A stretch of 64,000 bases of DNA from an uncultured Bacillota bacterium (GTDB lineage: Bacteria > Bacillota_I > Bacilli_A > RF39 > UBA660): contig CAMOKF010000001.1 of assembly GCA_946617625.1 (NCBI GenBank), positions 22,064 through 86,063 of the forward strand, written 5' to 3'. The notes beneath the pieces were generated by a model. It was not told where the DNA came from, ran no database searches, and was given only the letters and a program-made list of their open reading frames with translations. The position numbers and the translations under genes are program-made. Positions 8,310 through 18,956 of the stretch are shown in pieces (position 1 is the first letter of the stretch; every line of letters begins with the position of its first letter).

Positions 8310-10040
8310 TTATTCATAAGAAACAGTTGAAATTCTAGATTCATCTTTAGTTACTTTTAAAATAGAATCATATTTAATATCAACATTCTTCATATGACTT
8401 ATAACAAACATAGAGTCTATATCAGAAATTTGTGCTATCAAACTTGATACATTAGAAATTGCCGTTTCATCTAAGTTATCATATATCTCATCAAGCACCA
8501 ATAAATTACAATTCATTCCAGAAATACTTAAAGCTAAATCCCTTTGAGCAAATACCAAAGCTATATCAACTTTTCTTTTTTCTCCTCCGGACAATGTGTT
8601 ATATTCATATTCACCAACATAAATATTTAAGTTATCGTCAATATAAATATAATCAACTTCTATATTATTATATAACATTTTTGAATATTTGTATAATCTA
8701 TTATTCAAAAATTTTATAACATTAGTTAATAAGTATTCTCTAAAATCTTTTGTAGTTAATGATAAACAATGAGTAATAATCTCTACACTCTTTTCTATAT
8801 CTCCAACTTTATCTTTAGTATTTTGAACATTAGATTTTAAATCATCTAATGTGGATTCTTTATCACTAATTTCTTTCTTTATATTATCTATTTCATCTAG
8901 ATTTTCATAATCTTTATATTTATCTAGTATATCTTGTAGTGCTTTTACTTTAGACTGCAATTCATCATATCTTTCGTCTATTTCTATTTTTTCTTTTTGA
9001 TACTCAATTACTAACTCTTTACTTTTAGATAAACCCTTATTTAAATCTTGTAATTGTAATTCTAATAACTTAAGTTCTGAATCTATTTCTGATTTTAGTT
9101 CTTCCTGCTTATCATCTGTAATAGGTTGACCACAAGTATAACATTCTTTTGTAGTTTCTAATGTTTCCTTTTTATTCTTTAATTTTTCTATTTTCGATTC
9201 ACAAGAACTAATTTCAGATTTTAAAGCACTAAAGTTCTTATCAGCATCGCTAAATTTAGAATGAATCTCTGATTTTTTATCTGAGTAATCCATTAAATCT
9301 TTATGTCTAAAATCTAATTGTTCTCTAACTTCTTTTAAATCAGGAATATCTTCTGAAGCTTTTGATAATAATTCGTTTAACTCAATATTTAATTTATTTA
9401 TATCCTGTTCAACACTCTCTAATTGACCAGTAGCTTTTCCATATTCAAGAGTAGCATCACTCAATTCACTGTTTTTAGTACTCTTGTAATTTGAAAGTTT
9501 GTCTTTAAATGCCTCAATCATTATAGCACTTCCAGACAATCTCTCTAATCTATCTTTTCTGTTTGTAGGAGTTAAGCTAGTTAACTTACTAGAAAATCCT
9601 TGAGATAAAATAACTATTGAAGTAAATATATCTAAATCTACATCTAATAATTCTAATATGAGTTTATTACTATCAGTCTTATTTCTTCCTGAAATATCTT
9701 CTGAATTTTTTGTAATTATAACTTTATCTTTGTATGTCTTGTGTTTTTGAGCTCTTATAATTTTATAATCTACATTATCGATAGATAAGTCTAATTCTAC
9801 ATAGCACCCATCTTCAGCATAATGATTTTTAACATCTGATACTCCATTTGATGTTTTACCAAATAAACACCAAAGAATAGACTCAAAAATACTAGATTTA
9901 CCAGAACCATTTGATTCTGTAAATTCTTCGTATAAATTTTCTCCTTTAACATATACGATTCCAGTATTATTTAATTCTACTTCTGCATTACCTATACTTT
10001 GAAAATTATGTATACTAATATTTTTAAAATATAAATTCAT
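8310..10040 (-). CDS. sbcC: SbcC/Rad50-like recombination ATPase (T4 gp46 analogue)
   Basis: N-terminal Walker A GSGKSSIFESI, long coiled-coil middle, C-terminal ABC signature LSGGEKRKVDIAL and Walker B LLVLDEIYDNLD. Confidence 0.85.
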   Translation of the reverse strand: MNLYFKNISIHNFQSIGNAEVELNNTGIVYVKGENLYEEFTESNGSGKSSIFESILWCLFGKTSNGVSDVKNHYAEDGCYVELDLSIDNVDYKIIRAQKHKTYKDKVIITKNSEDISGRNKTDSNKLILELLDVDLDIFTSIVILSQGFSSKLTSLTPTNRKDRLERLSGSAIMIEAFKDKLSNYKSTKNSELSDATLEYGKATGQLESVEQDINKLNIELNELLSKASEDIPDLKEVREQLDFRHKDLMDYSDKKSEIHSKFSDADKNFSALKSEISSCESKIEKLKNKKETLETTKECYTCGQPITDDKQEELKSEIDSELKLLELQLQDLNKGLSKSKELVIEYQKEKIEIDERYDELQSKVKALQDILDKYKDYENLDEIDNIKKEISDKESTLDDLKSNVQNTKDKVGDIEKSVEIITHCLSLTTKDFREYLLTNVIKFLNNRLYKYSKMLYNNIEVDYIYIDDNLNIYVGEYEYNTLSGGEKRKVDIALVFAQRDLALSISGMNCNLLVLDEIYDNLDETAISNVSSLIAQISDIDSMFVISHMKNVDIKYDSILKVTKDESRISTVSYE

Positions 10041-10050
10041 AATAGCTCTC

Positions 10051-11088
10051 CTAATCTAATTCGTGTATTACATCTAAATAATCTTTTAATGGATGTTTTA
10101 ATGATTCTTGAGTATGTAAAAAATCTTCAAACTGTTTAGTAAGATTATCATAATCGATGTTTACTTCATCTAATTCCTCTTTTACAACATCACTATTTAT
10201 ACTGTTAGTAATAACTCTATAACTAATAAAAATATTACTATACTTATCTAATATATCTATTACCTTAGATTTATCTTCTGTTACTACTCTCAATACATAT
10301 TTGTGATGCGTATTCAGACATTTTTCAACAAACTCAATTAAACTATTTTCTCTAGTATCTAAACTTCTAAATAGTATTGAATGAGGATTCTCAAAACTTT
10401 CAGTTTCTTGTGTTTCAGAATCATAGATTATAAAACTAGGAATATAGTCTTGGTCATCGCTAAAGGAGTGACTAACGCAACTTCCTATATTCATAACATT
10501 TTCTGACAATACTTGTTGTGTATGAATATGACCATTAAACACTTTTTCGAAACCGTTAAATAAATTTGGTTCTACACCAAAATCTAATTTATATTTATTT
10601 CCTAATATTGAACCATATATATCAATATGTGATATAAGAATTTTATTACTAATATCTTTTATTAAATCTTCTGTAATCTTACTAAATGGCATATATGGAA
10701 GCACTGATAATTCATCGTCTATCTTTGTAGGTTTATTATAAATTGATACATTATCAAATAAATCTAACACTGAACTCGAATAGAAATTAGAATTATTATC
10801 TAGAATATCGTGATTACCAGTTATTATGATAAATGGAATCTTATTATTATAATACTTCATAGCATCTGAAAATGCTGTAATTTCTTCTGCTCTTAGTGTA
10901 TGAGCATTAAACATATCTCCTGCAAATATAATTTTATCCACATTCTCTTTTTCGGCAACTTCAAACATATGTTTTAATGTATCAATACACATTTGAAGTC
11001 TAGTAGTATAAATACTATTTTCACAAGATAATGGTAAGATACTAGAATTATAACTTAAGTGTAAATCAGTAAAAATTAAATATTTCAT
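10051..11088 (-). CDS. sbcD: SbcD/Mre11-like nuclease (T4 gp47 analogue)
   Basis: Calcineurin-like phosphoesterase motifs FTDLHL, FAGDMFN, ITGNHD, NGHIH. Confidence 0.85.
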   Translation of the reverse strand: MKYLIFTDLHLSYNSSILPLSCENSIYTTRLQMCIDTLKHMFEVAEKENVDKIIFAGDMFNAHTLRAEEITAFSDAMKYYNNKIPFIIITGNHDILDNNSNFYSSSVLDLFDNVSIYNKPTKIDDELSVLPYMPFSKITEDLIKDISNKILISHIDIYGSILGNKYKLDFGVEPNLFNGFEKVFNGHIHTQQVLSENVMNIGSCVSHSFSDDQDYIPSFIIYDSETQETESFENPHSILFRSLDTRENSLIEFVEKCLNTHHKYVLRVVTEDKSKVIDILDKYSNIFISYRVITNSINSDVVKEELDEVNIDYDNLTKQFEDFLHTQESLKHPLKDYLDVIHELD

Positions 11089-11096
11089 ATTTCCTC

Positions 11097-11342
11097 CTAT
11101 GATGTATATTGGCTAGAGCTTTCATTAGGCAATATCTCTACATTTTCTACAATAGTATCTACGGCCTTAATTAAAAACTCTCTTAGTTTTTCTTTAGATA
11201 TATCTAAAGGTACTCCTTGATTAAATTCATTATTGACATAATAACAAGCACAATAATCTACTAATGTTGAGCATTCATTTATTATGTCTAAAAATTCTCC
11301 TTCTATAAATAATAAATCTTTTGTACTATCTACTTTAATCAT
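11097..11342 (-). CDS. hypothetical protein
   Basis: ORF in minus-strand array. Confidence 0.4.
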   Translation of the reverse strand: MIKVDSTKDLLFIEGEFLDIINECSTLVDYCACYYVNNEFNQGVPLDISKEKLREFLIKAVDTIVENVEILPNESSSQYTS

Positions 11343-11352
11343 AATAATCTCC

Positions 11353-12291
11353 TTAATATAGACAATTTAATATTAAATAATCTAGTGCTATATCTTCAGA
11401 TAGCATTCCTAATTTAATACTTTTCTCTACGTCTTGACATATATTTATATTTCTAAGTAATTCTTTATTATTATATCCACCAGCATTTTTCTTAATTGCC
11501 CACATCTGTTTTTCTGATAAACCTATTCTATTAGCTGCATCTACTTTATTTTTTCCTAATCCTTGATATGCTAATAAATTTATGAAATTTTGATATAATA
11601 TAGAAACAATCCTTAAAACAGGTTCTCCTTTAATTTTTGCCTGTTCTAAATATTTTTGACTATTTTTTAAATCTCCATAAGTAATAGCATTAGTCAAATC
11701 AAATGTTATATCTCCTATCTCATTTATAAATAAATCATCTTCTAATAATTTTTCAAATGCTGCATTAGTAGAAATTTCTTGCTGCTTAGATAAATTATTT
11801 ATCTTATCTGATTCTAATAATAATTTTCCATAATCATTGTTACAAATACTATGTAATTTATATACGTATTCATCTTTTAATTTTGGTACCAATTTTATAA
11901 TATAATTTTGAAATACTTCATCTGACACATAATTAAATTCTACACACACATCTTTATTGTTTTTATAAAATTTTGAAGACTTTTTGATATTAAAATATCT
12001 TAATACTATTATATTTTTACCCTTAACTTCTTTCAATAAAGACCATTTACTTTCGTGTTTTAAAAAGTCTTCATCATTTGAAATTACAAATAATTTACTA
12101 CTTTCTATAAAACTTACTTTTTTGCTTTCTCTTAATGCTTCTGCAACAGTATCTTTATAAACTATAGAATATCCTAATTCACTTATTTTATCTATATACA
12201 CATCAATAATATTCTGCTCTTCTCCAAATAAAACAGAATACTTTAAAGGTTCTTTATTTATGATACAATTCATATAATCAACTAGTTGCAT
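11353..12291 (-). CDS. hypothetical protein, possible clamp-loader accessory (delta-like) subunit
   Basis: Position directly downstream of two clamp-loader subunits; no strong motif. Confidence 0.35.
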   Translation of the reverse strand: MQLVDYMNCIINKEPLKYSVLFGEEQNIIDVYIDKISELGYSIVYKDTVAEALRESKKVSFIESSKLFVISNDEDFLKHESKWSLLKEVKGKNIIVLRYFNIKKSSKFYKNNKDVCVEFNYVSDEVFQNYIIKLVPKLKDEYVYKLHSICNNDYGKLLLESDKINNLSKQQEISTNAAFEKLLEDDLFINEIGDITFDLTNAITYGDLKNSQKYLEQAKIKGEPVLRIVSILYQNFINLLAYQGLGKNKVDAANRIGLSEKQMWAIKKNAGGYNNKELLRNINICQDVEKSIKLGMLSEDIALDYLILNCLY

Positions 12292-13084
12292 TTAATTTTA
12301 CCTCGTTATACACATTTAATAGAAATGTTTCTAATAACATTTTTGAATTAATTGATTTGTTTTTTAATAATAGTGGTATATCATTTAAATTATTCAAAAA
12401 AGCTTTTTTTATATTAAAGTCTATATCTGAATAAGTAATCTCCTTAAATAATATAGACCAAAATAAATCATAATTTATACTTTTATCTTTATTACTTAAA
12501 TCTCTACAATATTTTATTAAAGTACTCCCTTTCTTCTCTTTTATACTTAATAGTATATTTTCAACTAAACCTGAAAGATTTGTGCATTCTATTCCATCTG
12601 TTTCTATACACATACCAGGAGTATTGCAATATCTTAATATTGTTTCGTTTGTATTAAATTCTCTTAATTCATCTTCTGTATATGGTTGCATATGTAATAT
12701 GAAAGCTCTACTTTTAACAGTATCTAAAACTAATTCTTCATTTTTAGATGTCATAATAAAATAGGCTTCATTTGGAGGTTCTTCTATAACTTTAAGAATT
12801 GAATTCTTAGCGTTTACACTCATCTCATCTATATCTCTTATAACATAACAAAATTTGTCTAAAATTTCATAAGAATTTGAAATTACTTTTCTAACATCAG
12901 AAATAGTTTTATCTAAAACTATCTGTTGTGCATTAAGACATTTAATAATTTCTTGAGATAATGTAAATCTTCCACTACCAAAATCGCCTATTATTAAAAT
13001 AAATCTAGGAAACTTATTATTTCGTTTCCAATATTCTATTGTCATTAAATTTTTATGCTGTCCTACCACGATTACTCTCCACAA
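12278..13084 (-). CDS. clamp-loader subunit (delta-prime/RFC small-subunit-like)
   Basis: NSILKVIEEPPNEAYFIMTS matches the LKxLEEPP box of DnaX/HolB/RFC; degenerate P-loop GDFGSGRFT. Confidence 0.6.
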   Translation of the reverse strand: MWRVIVVGQHKNLMTIEYWKRNNKFPRFILIIGDFGSGRFTLSQEIIKCLNAQQIVLDKTISDVRKVISNSYEILDKFCYVIRDIDEMSVNAKNSILKVIEEPPNEAYFIMTSKNEELVLDTVKSRAFILHMQPYTEDELREFNTNETILRYCNTPGMCIETDGIECTNLSGLVENILLSIKEKKGSTLIKYCRDLSNKDKSINYDLFWSILFKEITYSDIDFNIKKAFLNNLNDIPLLLKNKSINSKMLLETFLLNVYNEVKLNATS

Positions 13085-14103
13085 TATAATAAATATGTTA
13101 TGCTAAATAAAGTTTTTAAATCTGAATTAAATCTAGCTTCATAATTTAAGTCTTTTACTACACGTATTATATTTAATATAATTTCTTCTTTATCCTTAAA
13201 CTTATCTAATTTGCTTATAACATTATTGTCTTTAGGAAAATCTGTACTATCAATATTATTAAATATAATATAACTCATTACGTCTAATAAAAACTTCATA
13301 TAATCTAAATTGAATTGTTTTAAGTCTTTACCAGAATTATATAAATTATTTATAGTATTAATGCAATCTTTATCTTTATTTATTAATTTTTCTGTAAATG
13401 AGAAAAATGTATCGTAGTTAACAGTATCTATCACATTGATTACGACATCTAAATCTACAGATTTAGAAAATGATAAACATTTATCAAGATTAGTTATGGC
13501 AGTTCTTAAACCACCTCTAGCCAATTTTGAAATATAATCTAAAGCTTCATCAGATACAGTTATTTCGGAATCCTCTTCTTTTTCTTTATCGTATATATCA
13601 ACTAATCTAGATTTAATACCATCATTTGAAATCCGATTAAATTTAAATTGTTGCACTCTGGATATAATTGTTGCCGGTATTTTTTCAGGATTAGTCGTAC
13701 ATAAAATAAATATACTATACTTTGGTGATTCTTCGAGTAATTTTAATAATGCCTGCCACGCACTATTACTTAGTGAATGACACTCATCGATAATAAATAT
13801 TTTATATTCACTATCTAATGATTTCTTTTTACTATCATCAATAATATTATTTCTAATATTATCAACTCCACTATTACTCGCAGCATCAACCTCAATAGGC
13901 CTTCCTTTTCCATCATTTATCATATTTGCAAATATTCTTGCTGAAGTAGTTTTGCCAACTCCGGCAGAACCGATAAATAAATATGCGTGCTGAAAAGTTT
14001 TAGTTTCTACTTGATTAGTCAAAATAGAAACTATAGATTCTTGTTCACTTAAATCTTCAAAACTTTTAGGTCTATATTTTATAGCTAATGGTGTAACTGC
14101 CAT
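13072..14103 (-). CDS. clamp-loader ATPase (DnaX/gp44-like)
   Basis: Walker A GSAGVGKTT, Walker B IFIIDECH, sensor/SRC-like ISRVQ, ALLKLLEESP box. Confidence 0.8.
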   Translation of the reverse strand: MAVTPLAIKYRPKSFEDLSEQESIVSILTNQVETKTFQHAYLFIGSAGVGKTTSARIFANMINDGKGRPIEVDAASNSGVDNIRNNIIDDSKKKSLDSEYKIFIIDECHSLSNSAWQALLKLLEESPKYSIFILCTTNPEKIPATIISRVQQFKFNRISNDGIKSRLVDIYDKEKEEDSEITVSDEALDYISKLARGGLRTAITNLDKCLSFSKSVDLDVVINVIDTVNYDTFFSFTEKLINKDKDCINTINNLYNSGKDLKQFNLDYMKFLLDVMSYIIFNNIDSTDFPKDNNVISKLDKFKDKEEIILNIIRVVKDLNYEARFNSDLKTLFSITYLLYCGE

Positions 14104-14130
14104 AACTCCTCCCCTCTGATTTATATATAG

Positions 14131-14283
14131 TTATTTTTTTCTCTTTTTAATAATGAAATCCATAAACTTATGATACAAACTATTACCTAAACATAATATA
14201 ATCCATAATAAAACAGATGATATACCAATTAATATGAATATAAATAATATTTGTAAAGCGTAGAATACTATTTCTTTAATCAT
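14131..14283 (-). CDS. hypothetical small membrane protein (not in track)
   Basis: ATG overlapping stop of upstream gene; hydrophobic MIKEIVFYALQILFIFILIGISSVLLWIILCLG. Confidence 0.3.
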   Translation of the reverse strand: MIKEIVFYALQILFIFILIGISSVLLWIILCLGNSLYHKFMDFIIKKRKK

Positions 14284-14629
14284 TTTTTCCCAACTCTCTC
14301 ACATAATCTAAATAATCTAGAAATTGATTTTCGTCTAAAACGAAATAATTATCTCCACTAGGTTCAAACTGAAAAGCTAATATTCCTTCTGATTGTCCTT
14401 GTTCAAAAGCTTGTTCACTAACTTTATCAATCCATTCTTGTTTAATGCTAAATGATTTTTTTGGAGTAGTAGTTGTTTTAGCTTCAATTAAAATTGGTTC
14501 TGCTATTACGTCTCCTCCACTAAATTTAGTTCCACCTGAATTTGGTGTAACTTTTCCACCAGTTATTTTTGCTAAATATTTTTCTTGCAAATCACTAAAA
14601 TCTCTGGTACTCATTATACTACACTCCAA
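14276..14629 (-). CDS. hypothetical protein
   Basis: ORF in minus-strand array. Confidence 0.45.
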   Translation of the reverse strand: MECSIMSTRDFSDLQEKYLAKITGGKVTPNSGGTKFSGGDVIAEPILIEAKTTTTPKKSFSIKQEWIDKVSEQAFEQGQSEGILAFQFEPSGDNYFVLDENQFLDYLDYVRELGKND

Positions 14630-14964
14630 TCTACTATAGCAGTTTTAATAATCCAACCTGTCCAAGATTTGTTATCGGGTGTTTGAACTTTCATTCTATA
14701 CATACCACGAGTTTCATCAATCACTTTACCTCTAGCCACAACTCCTGGCATTGGAATATTATTATTCCATTTTAGCATAAAATCAAAATTACTATTAGAT
14801 TTTTTTGTCATATAATCCTTTACCCTAATATCATATATACCGTTAATTTGCATCTCTTTAGAATTTGTATTAAACTCAGGTTCTAATATGTATTCAAAAT
14901 AATCTCCATTCGATAAAGAATTATTAACATTTAAATTGTTAATATTGTTAAAAACTGTATTCAT
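14614..14964 (-). CDS. hypothetical protein
   Basis: ORF in minus-strand array. Confidence 0.45.
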   Translation of the reverse strand: MNTVFNNINNLNVNNSLSNGDYFEYILEPEFNTNSKEMQINGIYDIRVKDYMTKKSNSNFDFMLKWNNNIPMPGVVARGKVIDETRGMYRMKVQTPDNKSWTGWIIKTAIVDWSVV

Positions 14965-14968
14965 AATA

Positions 14969-16006
14969 TTACTCCGTTTGTAATTTATCTATGTCAGATA
15001 ACATCTTATCATACATAGAACTATTTTCTTTAAGATAATATAAACATTTAGATTTTCCTTGAAATTTAAGTGGTTCATCATTCTCTGATAGAATCTCTCC
15101 AGTTTCTGTATCAACTATGCTAAACCAAGCACCAGATTGATTTATAATACCTAACTTAACTGCTACATCAAAAGCATCTGATATATAATCTATACCATTT
15201 AAGTAGTTTAAAGTATAATAGCCAGTTTTTCTATCAGGTCTACAAACTTTACTTTTGATTAATGATACATTAACTAAATTACCAACTGGATTTTCACAAG
15301 ACATTGATAACTTATTACCCTTTTCATCTATATAATTACCACGTCTAAATTCTAATCTCATAGAACAACTATGTCTCCAATTCTTACCTCCAGTTGTAGT
15401 TGTTCCACCGTACATTGAATTCATATCATCTCTTAACTGATTTATTCCAATGAAAGCTGTCTTAGTCTTTGCTAATATAGGTGTAACTTTTTTAGCAAAT
15501 TCTGTTAAACTCATACTAATGCCACCATAAGTTCTTTCACCTATATTTTTTTCATTAGCTTGATTAGAAACCATAGCTCCAAGAGAATCTAAAATTCCTA
15601 AACTTATCTCATCGCTCTTCAATAATTCAATTAATGTATTAAATACTTCTTCTGCACCCATAGCATCTGGGTCAAAATATAAAATATTATCTATATCTAC
15701 TCCAAGTTTAGTAGCCCATACAGTATCAAAAGTATGTTCAATATCGCATATAAGAACTTTTTTATCAGGATATAATCTCTGTGCTTGTCCTGCTAAATCT
15801 AATGCTGTTGTAGTTTTTCCACTTCCATCGGCACCACTAAATTCTGTCATTCTTCCTATAGGAATTCCACCATAAGTCATATAATTTAATCTACAAGATG
15901 AAAATGGTATTCTTTCTAATTCTTGATATTCAACTCCAACTTGAATATTTCCCAACTTTAGTTTCTTATTTATATTTTTAATCGTAGCTTCTAAATTATT
16001 ACTCAT
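14969..16006 (-). CDS. recA: RecA recombinase (bacterial type)
   Basis: GSGKTT P-loop, KLGVDIDNIL (E. coli KLGVDIDNLL), FINQ, TTGG, GAWFS, QGK: collinear with bacterial RecA along its length. Confidence 0.9.
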   Translation of the reverse strand: MSNNLEATIKNINKKLKLGNIQVGVEYQELERIPFSSCRLNYMTYGGIPIGRMTEFSGADGSGKTTTALDLAGQAQRLYPDKKVLICDIEHTFDTVWATKLGVDIDNILYFDPDAMGAEEVFNTLIELLKSDEISLGILDSLGAMVSNQANEKNIGERTYGGISMSLTEFAKKVTPILAKTKTAFIGINQLRDDMNSMYGGTTTTGGKNWRHSCSMRLEFRRGNYIDEKGNKLSMSCENPVGNLVNVSLIKSKVCRPDRKTGYYTLNYLNGIDYISDAFDVAVKLGIINQSGAWFSIVDTETGEILSENDEPLKFQGKSKCLYYLKENSSMYDKMLSDIDKLQTE

Positions 16007-16529
16007 TTATTTTTTCCTCTTCTATGTTTGTTCCTATATATCTTGAATTAGATAATTCTAACTCTGATATTCTAGTTGTAAGTATTTTCTTTATTACATT
16101 AAGAACTTCATAACCAGCATCTATTTTACTCTTAGCTTGTTTATATGCTCTACTATAAACTGTAAGCACAACATCTTCTGACTGCGATGCCAATGTAGCA
16201 GCAGCTTCCTTATTAGCAACAGTTCCTTCTGTTTCTTGTTTAACTCTAGAGAAAACATCATTTTTAAGCTTTTTACTAACGTCTTCTTTGATGCCCAAAT
16301 TCTCTAATTGACTAACAGATGCATATAACATAGTAGCTAAATCTGCAATCATCTTATGTAGAGTTTCATTAGTCACAACTGTTATATCTTCCATAATTGC
16401 ACTTCTAATATCAAATACAATATTATCTAAATCTAGACAACATTTATCTACTGCCTCTTTAACTAATTTTTCTACATCTGATGATAAGTCAATAACTTCA
16501 TCATTAATTTTAATAATAGTTTCTTCCAT
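15999..16529 (-). CDS. hypothetical protein
   Basis: ORF in minus-strand array. Confidence 0.45.
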   Translation of the reverse strand: MEETIIKINDEVIDLSSDVEKLVKEAVDKCCLDLDNIVFDIRSAIMEDITVVTNETLHKMIADLATMLYASVSQLENLGIKEDVSKKLKNDVFSRVKQETEGTVANKEAAATLASQSEDVVLTVYSRAYKQAKSKIDAGYEVLNVIKKILTTRISELELSNSRYIGTNIEEEKINE

Positions 16530-16542
16530 AAAATTTTCCTCC

Positions 16543-17004
16543 CTAAAGATTTCTTCTTGCGTATTCAGCCATTAATAAAGCTTCAGCAATACCATCGTGG
16601 TCTTTTGTGCATCTCTTAGAACCCGCAGTTCTTCGTAAATCAACTTTTGGAAAAAGTCTTTTAGCAACTGCTATTGAAGTATTCTTATCACTAGTTACAC
16701 TAAATTCTTTCTTCCATTTTTGCGGTGTTACTAACTCAAATGGAATATCAAATGCTTTTAATAAACCTTGAATAAAACCAAAATTATTACCGAACGCAAA
16801 TGCACTTTTATGACTATCCCTCGGCATACTGTGTACGTGTTCTAAACAACAAACGCACGACTCACCTTGTAGCATTAGATTATGAATATGTCTTAAAGAT
16901 TCTAGATAATTTTCTTCTGAAAAAATTTGTCTAATCATTATATCTCTATTTTTAAGAACCACTAAAGCACCACTGTTACCTGGGTCAATACCTATAAATA
17001 TCAT
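16543..17004 (-). CDS. RuvC-like Holliday-junction resolvase
   Basis: N-terminus MIFIGIDPGNSGALVVL (RuvC IxGIDPG motif) taking the internal ATG at 17004; C-terminal acidic/His residues. Confidence 0.6.
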   Translation of the reverse strand: MIFIGIDPGNSGALVVLKNRDIMIRQIFSEENYLESLRHIHNLMLQGESCVCCLEHVHSMPRDSHKSAFAFGNNFGFIQGLLKAFDIPFELVTPQKWKKEFSVTSDKNTSIAVAKRLFPKVDLRRTAGSKRCTKDHDGIAEALLMAEYARRNL

Positions 17005-17006
17005 CG

Positions 17007-18104
17007 TTACTCTTCTTCCTCGTCGTCTTGTGATAAAGAAATTATGTGTACTATACTTCCACAATCAATCTTTATAACTGAATCATTGCCATAATAAATA
17101 TCTACTTCTGAAGCTGGTACTGATGATAACGCCTTTATAAATTCTGTTGCGTTTACTTTACAGCTAAATTCTAAATAATTCTCTGTATCTTCATTTGTCT
17201 GTAACTTCAACTCTTCATATGAACTATTATTTTTATTAGTTATTTTTACGAAATTACAATAAAAATCAAATACTAATTCATCATCGTCATATGGGTCTAT
17301 AAATAATCTTAATCTATCAATAGTAGATATATAATCATCGCAATCTATTTTACCACTATATTTAAATTCTGTATCTAATACCGATTTCAAATTTGTAATA
17401 GGATATTCATTAGAATTATGTAAACCTTTTGATGTTATTATAATATCACTGGATACAAATTGTAAACTATTATTTGATTTAATTAGTTTTACTTTATCAT
17501 CAGAACTTAAACAAATTAAATCTATAACTTTAGTAGGTATCAGCATAGGATTATCTTTTATAATAGATTTTTTATTAAATGTTGCTACAAAACCATTAGT
17601 TATTGTAGTATCTTCTAAGCCGCAATAATATGAAAATAAATAGTCTTCACTAGAATAATCGGAATTTTCACTTAACGATATTTTACTAAAATTTCTAATT
17701 GATTTAATATCAGATAATGGTATTTCACTTTCTTCACCTTGAATATCATTAGGTTCATCTATTGATACAATACCATTTTCATCTACAATTAAAGGAATTT
17801 TATATGTACCATTAGCCTTAACTACTAATGTATTATCCTCTACACTTAATTTAGTTTCGTCTGATGTTAGTTTTCCAACTAGTTTTGAAAATATATCTAC
17901 ATTAACAGAAACATCTAAATCTCCTTCAACATCATTAGTAATAACAGATGTTGTAGTATTAACATCAGATGTAATTAATCTAAATCTATTATTATCTACT
18001 TTTATGCCTAGCATAGATGTTAATACCACAACTGTACTAGAACCAGCACCTTTAATAGATTTATTCATCATTTCTTTTAGTTTACTTGTTTTTATTTTTA
18101 TCAT
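17007..18104 (-). CDS. possible sliding clamp (size and position only)
   Basis: 365 aa, located among clamp-loader/RecA/RuvC genes; no diagnostic motif. Confidence 0.35.
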   Translation of the reverse strand: MIKIKTSKLKEMMNKSIKGAGSSTVVVLTSMLGIKVDNNRFRLITSDVNTTTSVITNDVEGDLDVSVNVDIFSKLVGKLTSDETKLSVEDNTLVVKANGTYKIPLIVDENGIVSIDEPNDIQGEESEIPLSDIKSIRNFSKISLSENSDYSSEDYLFSYYCGLEDTTITNGFVATFNKKSIIKDNPMLIPTKVIDLICLSSDDKVKLIKSNNSLQFVSSDIIITSKGLHNSNEYPITNLKSVLDTEFKYSGKIDCDDYISTIDRLRLFIDPYDDDELVFDFYCNFVKITNKNNSSYEELKLQTNEDTENYLEFSCKVNATEFIKALSSVPASEVDIYYGNDSVIKIDCGSIVHIISLSQDDEEEE

Positions 18105-18116
18105 AATGATTACCTC

Positions 18117-18533
18117 CTATTCTCCAGTTGAACCAAATGCACCGGTACCGCGCTCATCTAGTTCATATTCTTCTACAAAATCTGCATATATTACGGGTCT
18201 AATTACAAGTTGTCCAACCTTATTTCCACTATACAATGTAAAATCCTCATCTGTAGTATTATACAATATTGCGTGAATTTCTCCAGTGTATCCAGCATCT
18301 ATTGGAGCATTTGCAGCCCATATACCTTTTTTACTTAAACCTGATTTACAATGAACTACTGCATCATATCCATCTGGTAATCTAAGTCCTATACCTGTTG
18401 GTATACATTCAACTGAATGAGCTTTAATCGTAACATCTTGCGTTGTAAAAATATCAGCTCCACTATCATTATGATAAGCTCTATCCGGCTTTCTAATTAG
18501 ATTATCATCAAATCTTATAATTTCAATTTTCAT
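18117..18533 (-). CDS. dut: dUTPase
   Basis: dUTPase motifs SGADIF, PIDAGYTGEI, RGTGAFGSTGE. Confidence 0.85.
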   Translation of the reverse strand: MKIEIIRFDDNLIRKPDRAYHNDSGADIFTTQDVTIKAHSVECIPTGIGLRLPDGYDAVVHCKSGLSKKGIWAANAPIDAGYTGEIHAILYNTTDEDFTLYSGNKVGQLVIRPVIYADFVEEYELDERGTGAFGSTGE

Positions 18534-18954
18534 AATTTATAATACCTCCTAAAGTAATTACTCTTGAAATTCCTGCGTTTCTAATCATACGTTCACATAA
18601 TGGACAAGGTTTTATATCTTCTATAACATTATCGTCTTCAGAACAAAATAAATATAAATCTCCACCTATCATATCACGTCTAGCAGCCGATAATAATGCA
18701 TTCTGTTCTGCGTGAACACTAGCACACACATCATAATCTCCAGAATTATGTTCTTTATCTAATCTAATACATTTACCTAAATCGCAGCAATTTAATTTAT
18801 TACGAACACTTCCATTATAACCAGTAGAAATTATCTCGTCATAATTTACTATTACTGCACCATACTGTCTTTTTAGACAAGTAGAACGTTTACTAACTGC
18901 CTGTGCGATATTCAAATAATAAGAATCTTTATCTAATCTCATAAATAACCTCAT
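18523..18954 (-). CDS. dCMP deaminase
   Basis: Zinc-binding HAEQNAL and PCPLCERMI (CDA-fold H-A-E / PCxxC). Confidence 0.85.
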   Translation of the reverse strand: MRLFMRLDKDSYYLNIAQAVSKRSTCLKRQYGAVIVNYDEIISTGYNGSVRNKLNCCDLGKCIRLDKEHNSGDYDVCASVHAEQNALLSAARRDMIGGDLYLFCSEDDNVIEDIKPCPLCERMIRNAGISRVITLGGIINYEN

Positions 18955-18956
18955 TA

